DNA of 63,503 nucleotides, the filler included, from Octopus bimaculoides (Eukaryota): assembly GCF_001194135.2 (NCBI RefSeq). It is 6 parts of 6 records of this genome, joined end to end, with 100 filler letters (N's around TTAATTAATTAA, not from the genome) between each part and the next. Parts side by side here need not be neighbours in the genome. Positions count along the whole stretch, not along the records: positions 1 to 10,852 come from NC_068986.1; positions 10,953 to 36,958 come from NC_069008.1; 4 more parts are not named here. The stretch is one strand, 5' to 3'. This document shows, in pieces, positions 1-12,291 of this stretch (its first letter is position 1; each line of letters opens with the position of its first letter). Under the pieces are notes generated by a model. That model saw only the letters and a program-made list of their open reading frames with translations, made no database searches and had not been told where the DNA came from. Made by a program: the position numbers and the translations under genes.

Positions 1-33
<33 letters not shown>

Positions 34-34
34 C

Positions 35-2700
35 ATAGAAATAGGTTTAAAAGAAAAAAGACTACACGTGGTATAAATAGGGGAAAATTAAAAAGAAAAC
101 AAATAAAATGCACATTAGATATTAAAAAAAGCCTTTTTAAAGAAGAAAATTACATGAATTAGATGATTTGAGCTGGAATTATGAAGTATAAAAATCATTA
201 TTATGAATCATTATAGAAATTCAAAGTCATTCCGGTATCGTCAGAGCTGCTTAGTGACTTTGAATGAACGCCAATTTCCAAATGGTGTTGGGTCTAATAC
301 TACCTGAGTGAAAAGTTTACATGCAAGTGAGGTAAGCAGTTCTGGAAGTGATGCAATTCAGTCTGGTATAAATACTGGAATATGAATGATGTATGGGATG
401 TATGGAGATTAGTGAGATTATTGGTAAGGTTATTAGTGTCCTGTATTAAGTTGTGTGTTCATGTGGAGTTGTGGATGATATTTATTAATGAAAGTTGCCC
501 CTCTATTTAATCTTTGCTGTACTGAGGTGTTCTGTGAACATTGATAAAAAGGGAAAAATTAGGAAGTTCGGTTTAAGGTTCCTAGCACATCTGTCTATGT
601 GTTCACTGACCTGTGTCTGTCTATATTGTGGGCAGCGGATTTGTACTTTGTGAAGAGCTGTTCTTCGTCGGAGTGACATTCCTGTTTGGCCTATATAGTG
701 GTTTTCGCACCGTAAGCAGGTAATAGCATGGATTAAGTCTTCAGAGGCACAGGTGAAATTTGATTTTATCTTAAATATTTCACTTTGTTTGAAGTGAAAC
801 TCTGTACCTGCCAAAAGGTGGGGGCATGTGCCACAGTTAGGCCCCCCCCCCCGCATGTTTTCACTTTTGGTTCCGTTGTTAATGGATATAGTCTTGCGCT
901 GGTTAATATTTTTTCAATGATTTCGATTGCATTTTGCTCTTGATAATTTTGTGTGAGCCTAAAATTTTGTTTATTGTTTTATCTCCAGTGAGAATGGATA
1001 GATTTTAGATGATGATGTTGAAGGCCTCATTGTTTCTAGGGTTATACGTGGAGATGTATGGAAATATTTTAAAATCTGGTGTAGTATTTCGGTTAACTTC
1101 CCTTAATGTTTGTATGTCTATTTCCTTTGCTCGTTTAATCCCATCATCTATTAATAATGTTGGGTAATGTCTCCTGATTAGTGTTGATTTAAGTTCAAGG
1201 AGTCTTCGTTCACGAGTATTGGTATCCGAAACTATGGTACAAATTATTTTCGCTAGATTATAAGGTATATTAATTTTTATGAGTCTGGGGTGGCATGAGT
1301 TGAATAATAGGTATTGTTTTGAATCTGTGGGTTTATAGATGTCCGTTTCGATGTGGTTATTGGCTATTTTAATTAGGATGTCAAGAAAAGGGAGTTGTTT
1401 ATTGCTGTGTTCCATGGTCAGTTGTATGTTGCTATTGATATTGATGGGCATTATTTTGAAATCGAGGATTTTGTCCATGCTATGGTTCCAAAGTATAATG
1501 CAATCATCTAAGTACCTCTTCCAGTTCTTCTTTAAATAGCAATGAAATGAGGTACCTTATTTTTGTAGTGAAGATTGGTATATTTTAAGTTCTAGATAAC
1601 CCATTACAAGGTTCGCAATCACTGGAACAGCTCGAGATCCCATTGAAATTCCGCATTTTTGTCGATAATAAACTATATCGAACATGAAATAGTTGTTCTG
1701 CAGGATAAATTTCAGTGTTGCAATTATGAATTTGTGGTTGATGTGTTCTGGGATCTCTTCTGGGTATTTTTCTAGCCAGAAGGTGATTGCTTCTATATCA
1801 TAATCATGTGGGATATTGGTGTACAAGTTCACCACATCGAATGATACTAACAAGGTTCCTTCATTTATTGTTTTCGGGAGGTGGTTAAGTATGTCTAAAT
1901 CATCCCTGATGGACTTCTCACATATTTTAAAAATGAGATGAGTAAGATGTCGAGGAAATTGCTCAAACAGTGGGTTTCACAAGCAGGGCCAGCAATGATG
2001 GGTCTTAGTTTGAGGTCAGTAAGAGGAGAAACATTAATGCATAGGCTTGGATTTTTGTGTAAAATAGGTAATCCTAAGAATAGACTTGGTCTGGAAATAA
2101 AAAGTGGATAAATAGTCAATTTCTTTTTTAGTGAGGCCCTTTCCATGTATTTGTAGTAAGGAGAATAAGATTTTAAGTGTCTTCAGTGGGTTATAGTGCA
2201 CTATCTTCTTATAGTAAATATTGTTTTCCAACATGGAGAGTATTCAATTTTTATAGTGCTCTGAGTTTATCACTACAACCATACTTCCTTTGTCGGCTTC
2301 TTTAACGGTCAGGTTTATATAATTTTTTTAACTCGATTAGGTTTTTCCATTTATTTGTGTTGAGATTGGATTTAATTCGTTGCTTTTGTAGGGTATTAAA
2401 TGGAAAATTAGTAATGTGTTCACAAAAGTCATCAAGTGCTTTATTTCCGCCTTTTGTAGGACAGTATTCGCTTTTGTTTTCATTATTGAATCATCTTCGG
2501 TGATGTAGTTGTAAAGTGCTTCTGTGAGGCGCAATTTTCGGCAAAAATCCATAGTGTTATTCTTGATTTCATTCGGGTTCGATCTGTAAGGAGTTGGTGT
2601 AAACTTCAAACCTCTTGCTAGAATTTTAATTTGTGTAGTACTTAGGATTTTCTTTGATAAGTGGATTATTTTCGGTTGCTCATGTATATTTTGTTCCATT
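35..2700 (-). mobile_element. Penelope-like retroelement (RT + GIY-YIG endonuclease), fragmented by frameshifts and stops
   Basis: Consecutive minus-strand ORF pieces: N-terminal LSTTQIKILARGLKFTPTP (2337-2699); RT motifs LVSFDVVNLYTNIP and YRQKCGISMGS (1557-1853); LPFLDILI..YKPTDSKQYLLFNSCHP (1005-1478); GIY-YIG region CGTCPH..AITCLRCENHYIGQTG (503-856). Confidence 0.92.
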
Positions 2701-2749
2701 TCCCATCTCTGTTTCTCTGATTAAGGTCTAAATAATTGTTGTAGTAGGT

Positions 2750-3435
2750 GTCTCTGAAGACTTAATCCATGCTATTACTTGCTTAGGGTGCGGAAACCAC
2801 TATATAGGCCAAACAGGAATGTCACTCCGACGAAGAACAACTCTTCACAACGAACAAACCCGCTACCCACAATATAGACAGATACAGATCAGTGAATACA
2901 TAAAATGATGTGCTAGGAACCTTAAACCGAACTTCCTAATTTTTCCCTTTTTATCAATGTTCACAGAACAACTCAGTACAGCAAAGATTAAATAAAGAGG
3001 CAACTTTCATTAATAAATATCATCCACAACTCAACATGAACACACAACTTAATACAGGACACTAATAATTTTACCAATAATCCCACTAATCTTCATACAT
3101 CTCATACACCATTCATATTCCAGTATTTATATCTGCCTGAATTGCATCACTTCCAGAACTGCTTACTTCCCTTACGTGTAATCTTTTCACCCAGGTACTA
3201 TTAGACCCAACACCATTTGGAAATCGGTGTTTATTCAAAGTCACTGATCAGCTCTGACGATACCGGTATGACTTTGAATCACTATAATAATTTATAATAA
3301 TGATTTTTATACTTCATAATTCCACCTCAAATCATCTAATTGTATGTATTTATCTTTGCTTTTCTTAAAAAAGCCTTTATTTTTTTTATATCTCATGTGA
3401 ATTTTATTTGTTTTCTTTTTAATTTCCCCTATTTA
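2750..3435 (+). mobile_element. Inverted copy of the 3' end (GIY-YIG C-terminus + 3' UTR/pLTR) of the adjacent PLE
   Basis: ctctgaagacttaatccatgctattac..ggccaaacaggaatgtcactccgacgaagaac..ttcaaagtcac is the diverged reverse complement of about 35-750. Confidence 0.9.
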
Positions 3436-5526
3436 TATGTGTGTGTATGTGTGTTCTCGCATGTTTTTGTGTTACAAAGATACTGGTGCTAGCACGCAAT
3501 CCGTTGATATATTTTATACTCATCAGATGGTTGTATCATTAATCTATTTTCAAACTCATATCTAAAACCATTACAAATGCATCCAAGAAAGCTAACATCA
3601 CAGTAGACCGCAAAATAAGTATTCAGCTGTAACTCAGCTAAAGATATATGACCGTATCTAATGCCTCGTCCTGCAACCTCCCTATGTTACATTTAAATGT
3701 CCCATATATGATATCCTTTCCAGTCATAAATGCAAGGCTTATAAAGTCATCGCAAGGTAAAGTAGCCATATCAAATAAATACATCCTTAATGCCGTCTAT
3801 TCTGATACCGAAAGGGCTGCAGGAGTAGTCAAACAAAACTATAACACTGCCATTACCATAGAGTCCCACAGTATCGAGAACAAAGCAGCCTGCAGATTTA
3901 CATGGATAATATCGTGAATTTCTATTCTTTCATATTAGAATTTCTCCTCCTGAAAGCTCCGGATTTCCTGAAAACTTTTACTAGGATTGGTTAACTCGGT
4001 AGTGGAGTACTCAACATGTAAATTGAAGATATTTCAATTGTACATCCTCCTGTGATAGTAAGCTGTTGTAGTGCCAAAGCTTCCTGAAATAGGCCATCAG
4101 CCATCTCATCCATTGACAGAGAAATCCTCCAATCAGTAGACAAAGTCACACTGAAAGTTCATGTCAAATGCGGTGGTATTTACAATGGTAATTGTTTTCT
4201 CCTCTACCTTGTTTCATTCTATGTCGCTCAAAAAACAATGTCAATTTAACATGAATTAAAATAAATTAAGAAAACTTTAGAGAATTATGTAGAAGAACAA
4301 CGTAATTGAAATTTTGAATAAAATATTAGAAAAATCTCTGATGTATTATATTTAAATGGACAATCTATTAAACACCAATAATGCATCCATAAAATGAAAC
4401 AGCTTTCTAATATTGTTATTCAAAATTTCTATTACACGATAGTCTTCTATAATTCTCTAATATTCTAAAATTACTGCGAGATATTTTCTGTCGTTATTAT
4501 CGTAATGATATAATTTCTAACATAACAACAAGGTCAGAAATTTGTAGGCGGCAACAGTTGATTGCACCCATCTTAATATTTGTCTGGTATTCAATTTTAT
4601 CGACTACCATAAGAATGAAAGACATTGTCTTCTGTGGGATTTGATTTTAGAACGTAAGTAGCCGGAACAAATACCCTGAGGCACTTTTCCTATACATTGT
4701 TACTGCGCCGTATCCTCAGTGAAAAGTACTTAGCCAAATCAGTGTAGCCGTAAGTAGGTATCATAATATGGTATATTTTACTGCTGCATGCAGCATTATC
4801 ATAGTGAAATCGAGTCGTGATATGTTGACATTTACCTGTAGTATTACAGTTGGTAACACCAGTAATAATTACAAGTTTTTTTTTATGCTTAGCAGTACAG
4901 AAACCAGGTGATTAGCACCAGTTCATTGAACTTGGGAGCTACATGAAAGAAATATGATTTAGTGATAAGTAGATAGAAAAAAGTATTGTGGAAATAGTAT
5001 CGACGTAATGGTAGCCGATCCTCTGATCGAATGAAAGAAACTGTCACCGTTTGTTTTTCATTTTCCTTCGTTTTATTTTTTGTCTTTTTTTCCTGATCAA
5101 TAGACTGCAATTCTCGACCCAGGAATATCAGGGATTAAAAAAAACTCTTTTTTTATTTTTTGCTTGGTGACTAGAAGTGGATTGATTTGAACTAGAACAG
5201 ATACTCCTCAACAAATCTTGATCGATGCTCTAGGAATCCTGCCGTCCACCCCATTGCACTTTCTCTTTATTTTATCTACCATGAAAGGATGAGAGACAAA
5301 TTTGATTTCGAAAGAATTTGAACGTAGAATGCTGAGAGACGGAAGAAAAACTCTAATGCATTCTATCGAACAATCTGAGGGTTCTTCCACTTCGACGCCT
5401 CCCGAAGTAGATGAAGAAAACTTAAAGTATTACTGAAGTTGGTGTAGAAAACTTGAATTTATCTGAATTAGAAATACAAAAGTAAAATACGTAGTAAATT
5501 TTCCCAAAAAGAGATAAATGTATATA

Positions 5527-6751
5527 CACAGACATAACAGAAGTAAATAGACACCCCATAAAACATCGTTTTATGTTTATTCTGACTTGTAAAGGTATAT
5601 ATTTTCTATTAACTGACATTTTTATGTTTCAGGTTCTATATGTGACTGTTTAATCATGCCTTGTACAAAAGAAGCCTTGGAACTGTCTGAATTTCAAAGA
5701 TGTCGTATTGTAGGTCATTCTGAAAAATCGCGGAAAACTTTGGGAACTCACTTTCTACAGTTAATAGAGTGATTGTGCAATTCACCAGAGAGAGGGAGAG
5801 AGAGAGAGAGAGAGAGGAGTCCACATCAACTTGCCGAGATCAACCAGGGTCCTCTGACAAGACACTTCTCTTTAGCGAAGTGTGGAGGATAATCCCCGTT
5901 GCAATGTCTCTGACATAGCAGAACTAGTTGATGTCAGTCACAGAACAGCTATCAGGTATCTCCACAAACTTGGTTACTAAGGCAGAGCAACAAGAAGGAA
6001 ACCACTTCTTCGACTAGCCGACACCAAGCGGAGAAAAGATTGGGCCGGTGAGATGGTGGAGAGGCCACTAGCATTTTGGGACACTGTCATATTCTCTGAT
6101 GAGTCCAGGTGGTCGAGTGTAGGTCTGGAGGCACTGTGGTCAAGAATTTAATGTGAAAAGATTGCAGCCAACAATGAAACACGGCAGCTATTCTGTGATG
6201 GTCTGGGAAGCAATTTGGAGAAATGGTTGATCAGAGCTGGTGGAGTGTGAGGGAAACATAAACTCAGATAAATATATGTCCATATTGCAGAACAGACTCC
6301 TTCCAATCTTCTCCAGTGGTAAAATGATTAAAGAAGACTCTTTATTTATAGAAGATGGGGCTTCTTGTCACACAGCTAAAATGACCCAAGATTTGTTGGA
6401 TGAGAATAGCAATAAAAAGCTTCCATGATCAAGCCAATCACTAGATATAAACCCTATTGAACACTTCTGGAACATAATGGACAGGACACCTCATAAAAAT
6501 ATCAAGAAAGCATCAAAGTCAAATCTTTTGAGATTACTGCATGAAACTTGGCAAGAAATTCCTCAAGAGAATATTCATCTCATTAGTAACATGCCTAATA
6601 GGGTCCTTGCATTGAAAAATGCAAAGGGCATGTCTATTAAATATCAAATATTCACATTATAACAATTAATAAATTATTTGAATGTATAATTTCAGATTTA
6701 AATAAATTTTAATGATTATAAGTGTGTCTATTTACTTCTATCATGTCTGTG
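5527..6751 (+). mobile_element. Tc1-like (DD34E) DNA transposon, decayed
   Basis: TIRs cacagacataacagaagtaaatagacac and gtgtctatttacttctatcatgtctgtg, preceded by TA. Transposase remnants: MPCTKEALELSEFQRCRIVG (from 5656), WDTVIFSDES, FIEDGASCHTAK, DINPIEHFW. Confidence 0.9.
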
Positions 6752-7327
6752 AACCTACAGATAAAGAATTCTCACAGACTGACGTAGACGTGGCTTAATG
6801 ATATAACCTAAATAATGCTTATATAATATACTAGCTTCTGTTACGTCATCCCATAAAGTAACATAATCACATAACTGGAAATAATGGATCAAGGCTTACG
6901 CTTCAAAATGTTGTTTTCAAGTGAAGTGAAGACTTGTTGAAATCTTTTACAATGTGTTTAGTGTGTAGATAAGCAATTATTTGGGGCAGCGACTCTTTCT
7001 CTTTGCGCTTCTGTAAAGGGGTCGTAAACTCGGTTCCTTGGGAATCTGCTAGCCATTTACAGTTCGTATTTACTTATTGGAAAGCAATGTGGGAGTGACT
7101 TTTCGAGATCGCGCGTCTTATGAAAAACGGCAGTGAATTTTCCCCAAACGACACCTAACCGTCTTGGATAATTTTGTCAGAAGTACGCTATTGCTGCAAG
7201 GAAAAAATGGGTGGATGATCATGGCTGGAATGTCATTGATCATCGATCAGTACCATCACAGATGACCTAGGCCAAACAAGAGCAACAAATAATTAGGAGA
7301 GATTATACATTTTAGAAACTTACTCAC

Positions 7328-7377
7328 TGCTTCTCTGCTCGCCGTTCTTCGGCGTGTTATATTCACAAATTAATTCT
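7328..7377 (-). CDS. Candidate 50-nt micro-exon (ELICEYNTPKNGEQRS) of an unknown minus-strand transcript
   Basis: Acceptor tattatattttacag and donor agca|gtgagtaagt; only one of three frames is open (phase 2 in, phase 1 out). No partner exon confirmed. Confidence 0.3.
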
Positions 7378-7798
7378 CTGTAAAATATAATAGCTTTTCC
7401 CACCCTATAATTTCGCCCTGTTCACATTTTCTTATCTAATAAGCATTATTATTTTACATTGCACCAAACCCTAATATATAAGGTGAGGGTAATAGGTGTA
7501 TAGGTGTTTACAGCAAAGGAAGTGATGTGGTTCTAGCTGGGAATCGAAACCTCACGTCATGGTCGCTCAACAGGGATTTCCCATTTTATATAGCATTCGT
7601 TATTTTCCTAATTGACTTATGGCAATTAGATGATCAAAAACCTGTGTATATCATGCTTCTTTAGGAGAGTGTGTGTTGTAGAGGTGAAGTGAATTTTTCC
7701 AACTGAAAATCGACCCAGGTTTCAGTTTTGATTCACCCAGAACATATTACACTCCGGTGCTTTTTTATCACTTTTATCATTCAATGTTATCTTGCAAT

Positions 7799-8680
7799 AA
7801 GGCGGCGAACTGGCAGAAACGTTAGCACGCCAGACGAAATGCTTAGCGGTAATTCGTTTGTCTTCATGTTCTGAGTTCAAATTCTGCCGAGGTCGACTTT
7901 GCCTTTCATCCTTTCGGAGTCGATAAATTAAGTACCAGTTGCGTACTGGGGGCGATCTAATCGACTGGCCCCCTCCCCCAAAATTTCGGGCTTTGTGCCT
8001 GGAGTAGAAAAGAATATTATTCTGCAATAAGGCGACTAGCTGGCAGAATCGTAAGCACGCCGGGCAAAATCCTTGACGACATTTCGTCCGTCTCCACATT
8101 CTGAGTTCAAATTCCTCCGAGGTCGATTTACCTTTCATCCCTTTGAGTTTGATAAAATAAGTTCCAATTGAGTACTGGAGATCAATACAATCGATTTTCC
8201 TCTTCCTACGTATTTGCTGGCCAAAATTTGAAACCAATATCATCCGGCAGTAATAAGGCAGCGAGTTGGCAGAGTCGTTAGCATGCCGATCAAAATGATT
8301 AGCGGCATTTCGTACGTCTTTACGTCCTATGTTCAAATCCCGCCAAAATCGACTTTATCATTTGGGGTCGATAAAATAAGTACCAGTTGAATGCTAGGGT
8401 CAGTTAACCTGTTCCACAAGAATTATGGACCTATGCCTATAGCAGAAAGGAATATTATCCTGCAAGAAAAGGCGGCGAGCTGGCAGAATCGTTAGCACGC
8501 CGGACAAGATGTATAGTGGCATTTCGTCCGTCTTCATGTTCAGAGTTCAAATACCACCGAGGTCGAATTTACCTTTCATCCGTTTGGTATGGATAAAATA
8601 AGTAGCAGTAGAGCACTGGGGTCGCTGTAAACGACTTATCCCTTCCCCCAAAATTGCTGGCTATGTGCCAAACTTTGACG
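7799..8680 (+). mobile_element. Four head-to-tail copies of a ~220-bp tRNA-derived SINE (family A)
   Basis: Repeated unit aaggcggcgagctggcagaatcgttagcacgcc..gagttcaaattc (A/B-box-like)..gtcgactttgcctttcatcctttcggggtcgataaattaagtaccag, starting near 7799, 8028, 8255 and 8470. Confidence 0.88.
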
Positions 8681-9179
8681 TCAATATTAACCCCAAGGTG
8701 GGTGATGTCTTGGTTGAATTGATAGAATGACAGACAAAATGTAAAACTATATCATAATTATTTAGTGTTGTAACTTTACGTTTTGAGTTCATATCAACTC
8801 TGATGCTGACTTTGACTTTCGTCCTTCCGATAAAATGCTTTTCAAATACTAGTGTCAGTATAATCGACTGCACCTTCTTCCTTGACATTTAAGGTGTTGT
8901 CTTAATTTTAGGAACCAGCTATTAACATAGAAGGGCAGTGAGTTGGTCATGACGGTAGAATGCAGGAATCCTATGATTGAGATATTATCATATTCGGTTT
9001 AGAAAAAGCACTGGAGTTGCAGGGAAGGTAGACTGTGAGACTAAACCACCTGCAGTATTTATTCATATATTTCTACAATCCAAACTCAAAATCCGCCAGC
9101 TTCGACTCCGTCTCACAGACGACAAATTTCATACAAATTTGTGGTCTGCTGTTAGTGTTACTAATCAATACTGACATCA

Positions 9180-10045
9180 AATTTTGAGGACAAGGCCAAC
9201 AATTTCAGGGGAGGGGTATAATGGATTACATTGACCCTAGTGTTAACCTGGTTCTGTTTTTTTATCACTCCCACCGAAAGGATGAAAGGCAAATTCGACC
9301 TCGGCAGAATTCGATCTCAGAACTTAAAGACGGACGAAATTCCGGTTAGGATTTTGTCCGGTGTGCAAAAGATTCTACAAGCTCGCCACCTTCAGTGTTA
9401 TTAATCAATATTAAACATAAACCAGGCGGCGAGCTGGTAGAATTGTCGGCACGCCGGACAAAATGCTTAGCGGCATTTCGTCCGTCTTTACGTTCTGAGT
9501 TCAAATTCTGTCGTGGCCGACTTTGCCTTTTATCCTTTCGGGGACGATAAAATAAGTCCCAGTTGAGAACCGGGGTCAATGTAATCGAGTTGTTCACTCC
9601 CCCCGAAATTGCTGAACTTGAGCCAAAATTTGAAATCAATATTAAACAAACATCTTTTAGTTGAAAATCCATCTTAATTCTCTCTCCTCGATCAACCTAC
9701 ACAGCGAGAAAAGTATCGGACCATGGACTCAGGATTTTCTCTTCGATATTTGAAATAAGACAAGAAATCTTGGATGATTTTGACGATGATAAATTTTAGT
9801 TTATGAGGCGTATTCAAGCCTTACCCTTGCAAAGGACGAAGTAATTGAAAGAAAATAGTTCCAAGATCGTTTTTGCTGGGAGACATCTAGGTGGCTCGAA
9901 TCGACTCTATGTCGACTGTTTTTAATTTCTTTTCTACTTTAGGCACAAGGCCCGAACTTTTGGGGTAGGGGGCCAGTCGATTAGATCGACCTCAGTACGC
10001 AACTGGTACTTAATTTATCGACCCCGAAAAGTTAAAAGGCAAAGT
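9180..10045 (-). mobile_element. Three further family-A SINE copies in the opposite orientation (~9180-9420, 9420-9640, 9935-10045)
   Basis: Reverse complements of the same unit. Other copies lie at ~34995-35190 (-) and, degraded, at ~4540-4700. Confidence 0.85.
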
Positions 10046-10896
10046 CGATCTCGGCGACTGTTTTTAATTTCGTTAGTTATATCGGTGACTGTTAAAGATC
10101 TTTCGGATGAAATTTAAATTCAGGAGAGAATTCAAAGCATTGCATAACTTCTAATTTTGTTCTCTAAATTTCTGGGAATAACTCAGATTTTCATAAATCT
10201 GGACTGAAAAGTACAGATAACTAAGTTAAGATACTTGTCGAAGGATCAAGCGTTCGTAACTCCTCACTGGCTATGCACTTTGATGGGAAAAAAACTCCCA
10301 ATAGCTACAACCAACGAATGAGACTCGACATATTAAACAATAATTAACAACCAATCTCGTTCATATCACAACCGTCTTCATAAATTGAATAAGGTAGTAC
10401 TTGGTTCTGGGCGAGATATTTATTCTTGAAACGTTTTTGATAATAAGTCTAATCGATCAGGAGCTACCACAGGCTAAACAACACTGTGAGTAGCCATTTA
10501 TATAGATATGAGTGACCATGAACTTTCTTGGGCTAAACAACACTGTCAATAGACTACTATATAGATAACAACATAGAAAATAGAGCGTTCTGAATTAAAA
10601 TCCCACTGAGGTTAATTATATCAAGTATCTCAGTCAGTTGTTCTCTTTCTATTAATGTCTCTTTCTCTTTCCACTCTCTCTTTCCTTCACTCTCTCAGAA
10701 TAGAATACTCAGAGCTGTAAAAGGGTCGTGGTAGCCTCCTCTATAAAATGGAAAAGGAGTGAAGTCGGGACTAGCAACCACTTCTCAGATGGTTTGTTAC
10801 CAAACCGTCCCAACAAATCACAGAATATGATGGATATATATATATATATATANNNNNNNNNNNNNNNNNNNNNNNNNNNNNNNNNNNNNNNNNNNN

Positions 10897-10908
10897 TTAA
10901 TTAATTAA
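10897..10908. other. Assembly linker TTAATTAATTAA inside N-runs (also ~37003, 43346, 60699, 62300)
   Basis: The same 12-mer is flanked on both sides by Ns at five places. Confidence 0.9.
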
Positions 10909-10974
10909 NNNNNNNNNNNNNNNNNNNNNNNNNNNNNNNNNNNNNNNNNNNNTATATATATATATATATATATA

Positions 10975-11125
10975 TGCAGGCTTCTTTCAGTTTCCGTCTA
11001 CCAAATCCACTCACAAGGCTTTGGTCAGCCTGAGGCTATGTCAGAAGACACTTGCCCAAGGTGCCACGCAGTGAGACTGAACCAAGAACCATGTGATTAG
11101 GAAGCAAGCTTTTTTCCACACAGCA
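10975..11125 (-). mobile_element. SINE family B, 5' part
   Basis: Reverse complement of gctgtgtgg..aagcttgctt..cacatggttc..cactgcgtggcaccttgggcaagtgtctt..gagtggatttggtagacggaaactgaaagaagcc. Confidence 0.85.
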
Positions 11126-12089
11126 ACGCTATTTGTGCGTGCGCGTAGGTAGGTAGGTAGGTAGGTAGGTATAATATTGACGATCAAGAGACACCCGTAT
11201 CAAATGCTGGTTTTACTTCCAGTCCCATCAAACTTATCCCCACGCCCACCCCTCCAAGTAGAGGGCTGTATAAAGGCTTGGAGATAGATTGGTTTCCAAA
11301 CTTACCCTACATACATAATGTACATGTGGTGCGTTGGGGTGGGGGATCCTGTTTATATTGTCCACCAGGTGGAGCCAGTGTTTAAATCTCTCGTCCTCTT
11401 CGTTTGTTTACGTTCGTTGTCAAGTCAGGAATGCACACCAGAAATTATAGGGGCTGAGTGTGTGTGTGTGTATACACACACACACATAGAGAGAGAGAGA
11501 AGGGTAGATAGATAGATATGCATAGTCTGCATAGAATGAAGATATCCCAAGTCCAATTCCAATTGTGGATAATCAGGTTAATCCCATTCCACCCTCTCCT
11601 CACACCCAACTCCGCCAATCTTACCACTTTCATCTGGCACCGAAGACGTCTCCAGCTTTACCCCCTCCCCTCCTCATCTCCGCCACCTGCAGCCACCCAC
11701 CCCACCCCTCCCACCTCATCCGTCCTTCCTAGGCTTATCTAACGACCGCATTCCTCCATTCCACAGCCTCCAGTCGCCTCCATCGCTCCGCCAACCTTCT
11801 NNNNNNNNNNNNNNNNNNNNNNNNNNNNNNNNNNNNNNNNNNNNNNNNNNNNNNNNNNNNNNNNNNNNNNNNNNNNNNNNNNNNNNNNNNNNNNNNNNNN
11901 NNNNNNNNNNNNNNNNNNNNNNNNNNNNNNNNNNNNNNNNNNNNNNNNNNNNNNNNNNNNNNNNNNNNNNNNNNNNNNNNNNNNNNNNNNNNNNNNNNNN
12001 NNNNNNNNNNNNNNNNNNNNNNNCACCCTCACCACCACCACCACCGCCATCATCACCACTACCACCGCCATCGCACATCAAGAGAAAGG

Positions 12090-12245
12090 GTGTCGCTGTG
12101 TAGTAAGAAGCTTTGTTTACCAGCCACATGGTCCCCGGTTCAGTCCCACTGCGTGACACCTTGGGCAAGTGTCTTCTATAGCCTCGGACCGACCAAAGCC
12201 TTACGAGTGGATTTAGTAGACAGAAACTGAGAGAAGCCCGTCGTA
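12090..12245 (+). mobile_element. SINE family B, 5' part
   Basis: Same consensus as 10975-11125, followed by (TA)n(CA)n. Confidence 0.85.
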
Positions 12246-12246
12246 A

Positions 12247-12291
<45 letters not shown>

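Noticed and set aside
5170-5435. Protein-like frames on both strands near 5208-5390
   Set aside because: The plus frame has an internal stop, the minus frame lacks a start or convincing splice partner, and no family was recognised.
7799-10045. tRNA genes or a CRISPR-like array
   Set aside because: The A/B boxes belong to SINE heads with no cloverleaf; the units are ~220-bp diverged SINEs without spacers, in a eukaryotic context.
10897-10908. TTAATTAATTAA motif recurring five times
   Set aside because: It is always embedded in N-runs, so it is an assembly linker, not biology.
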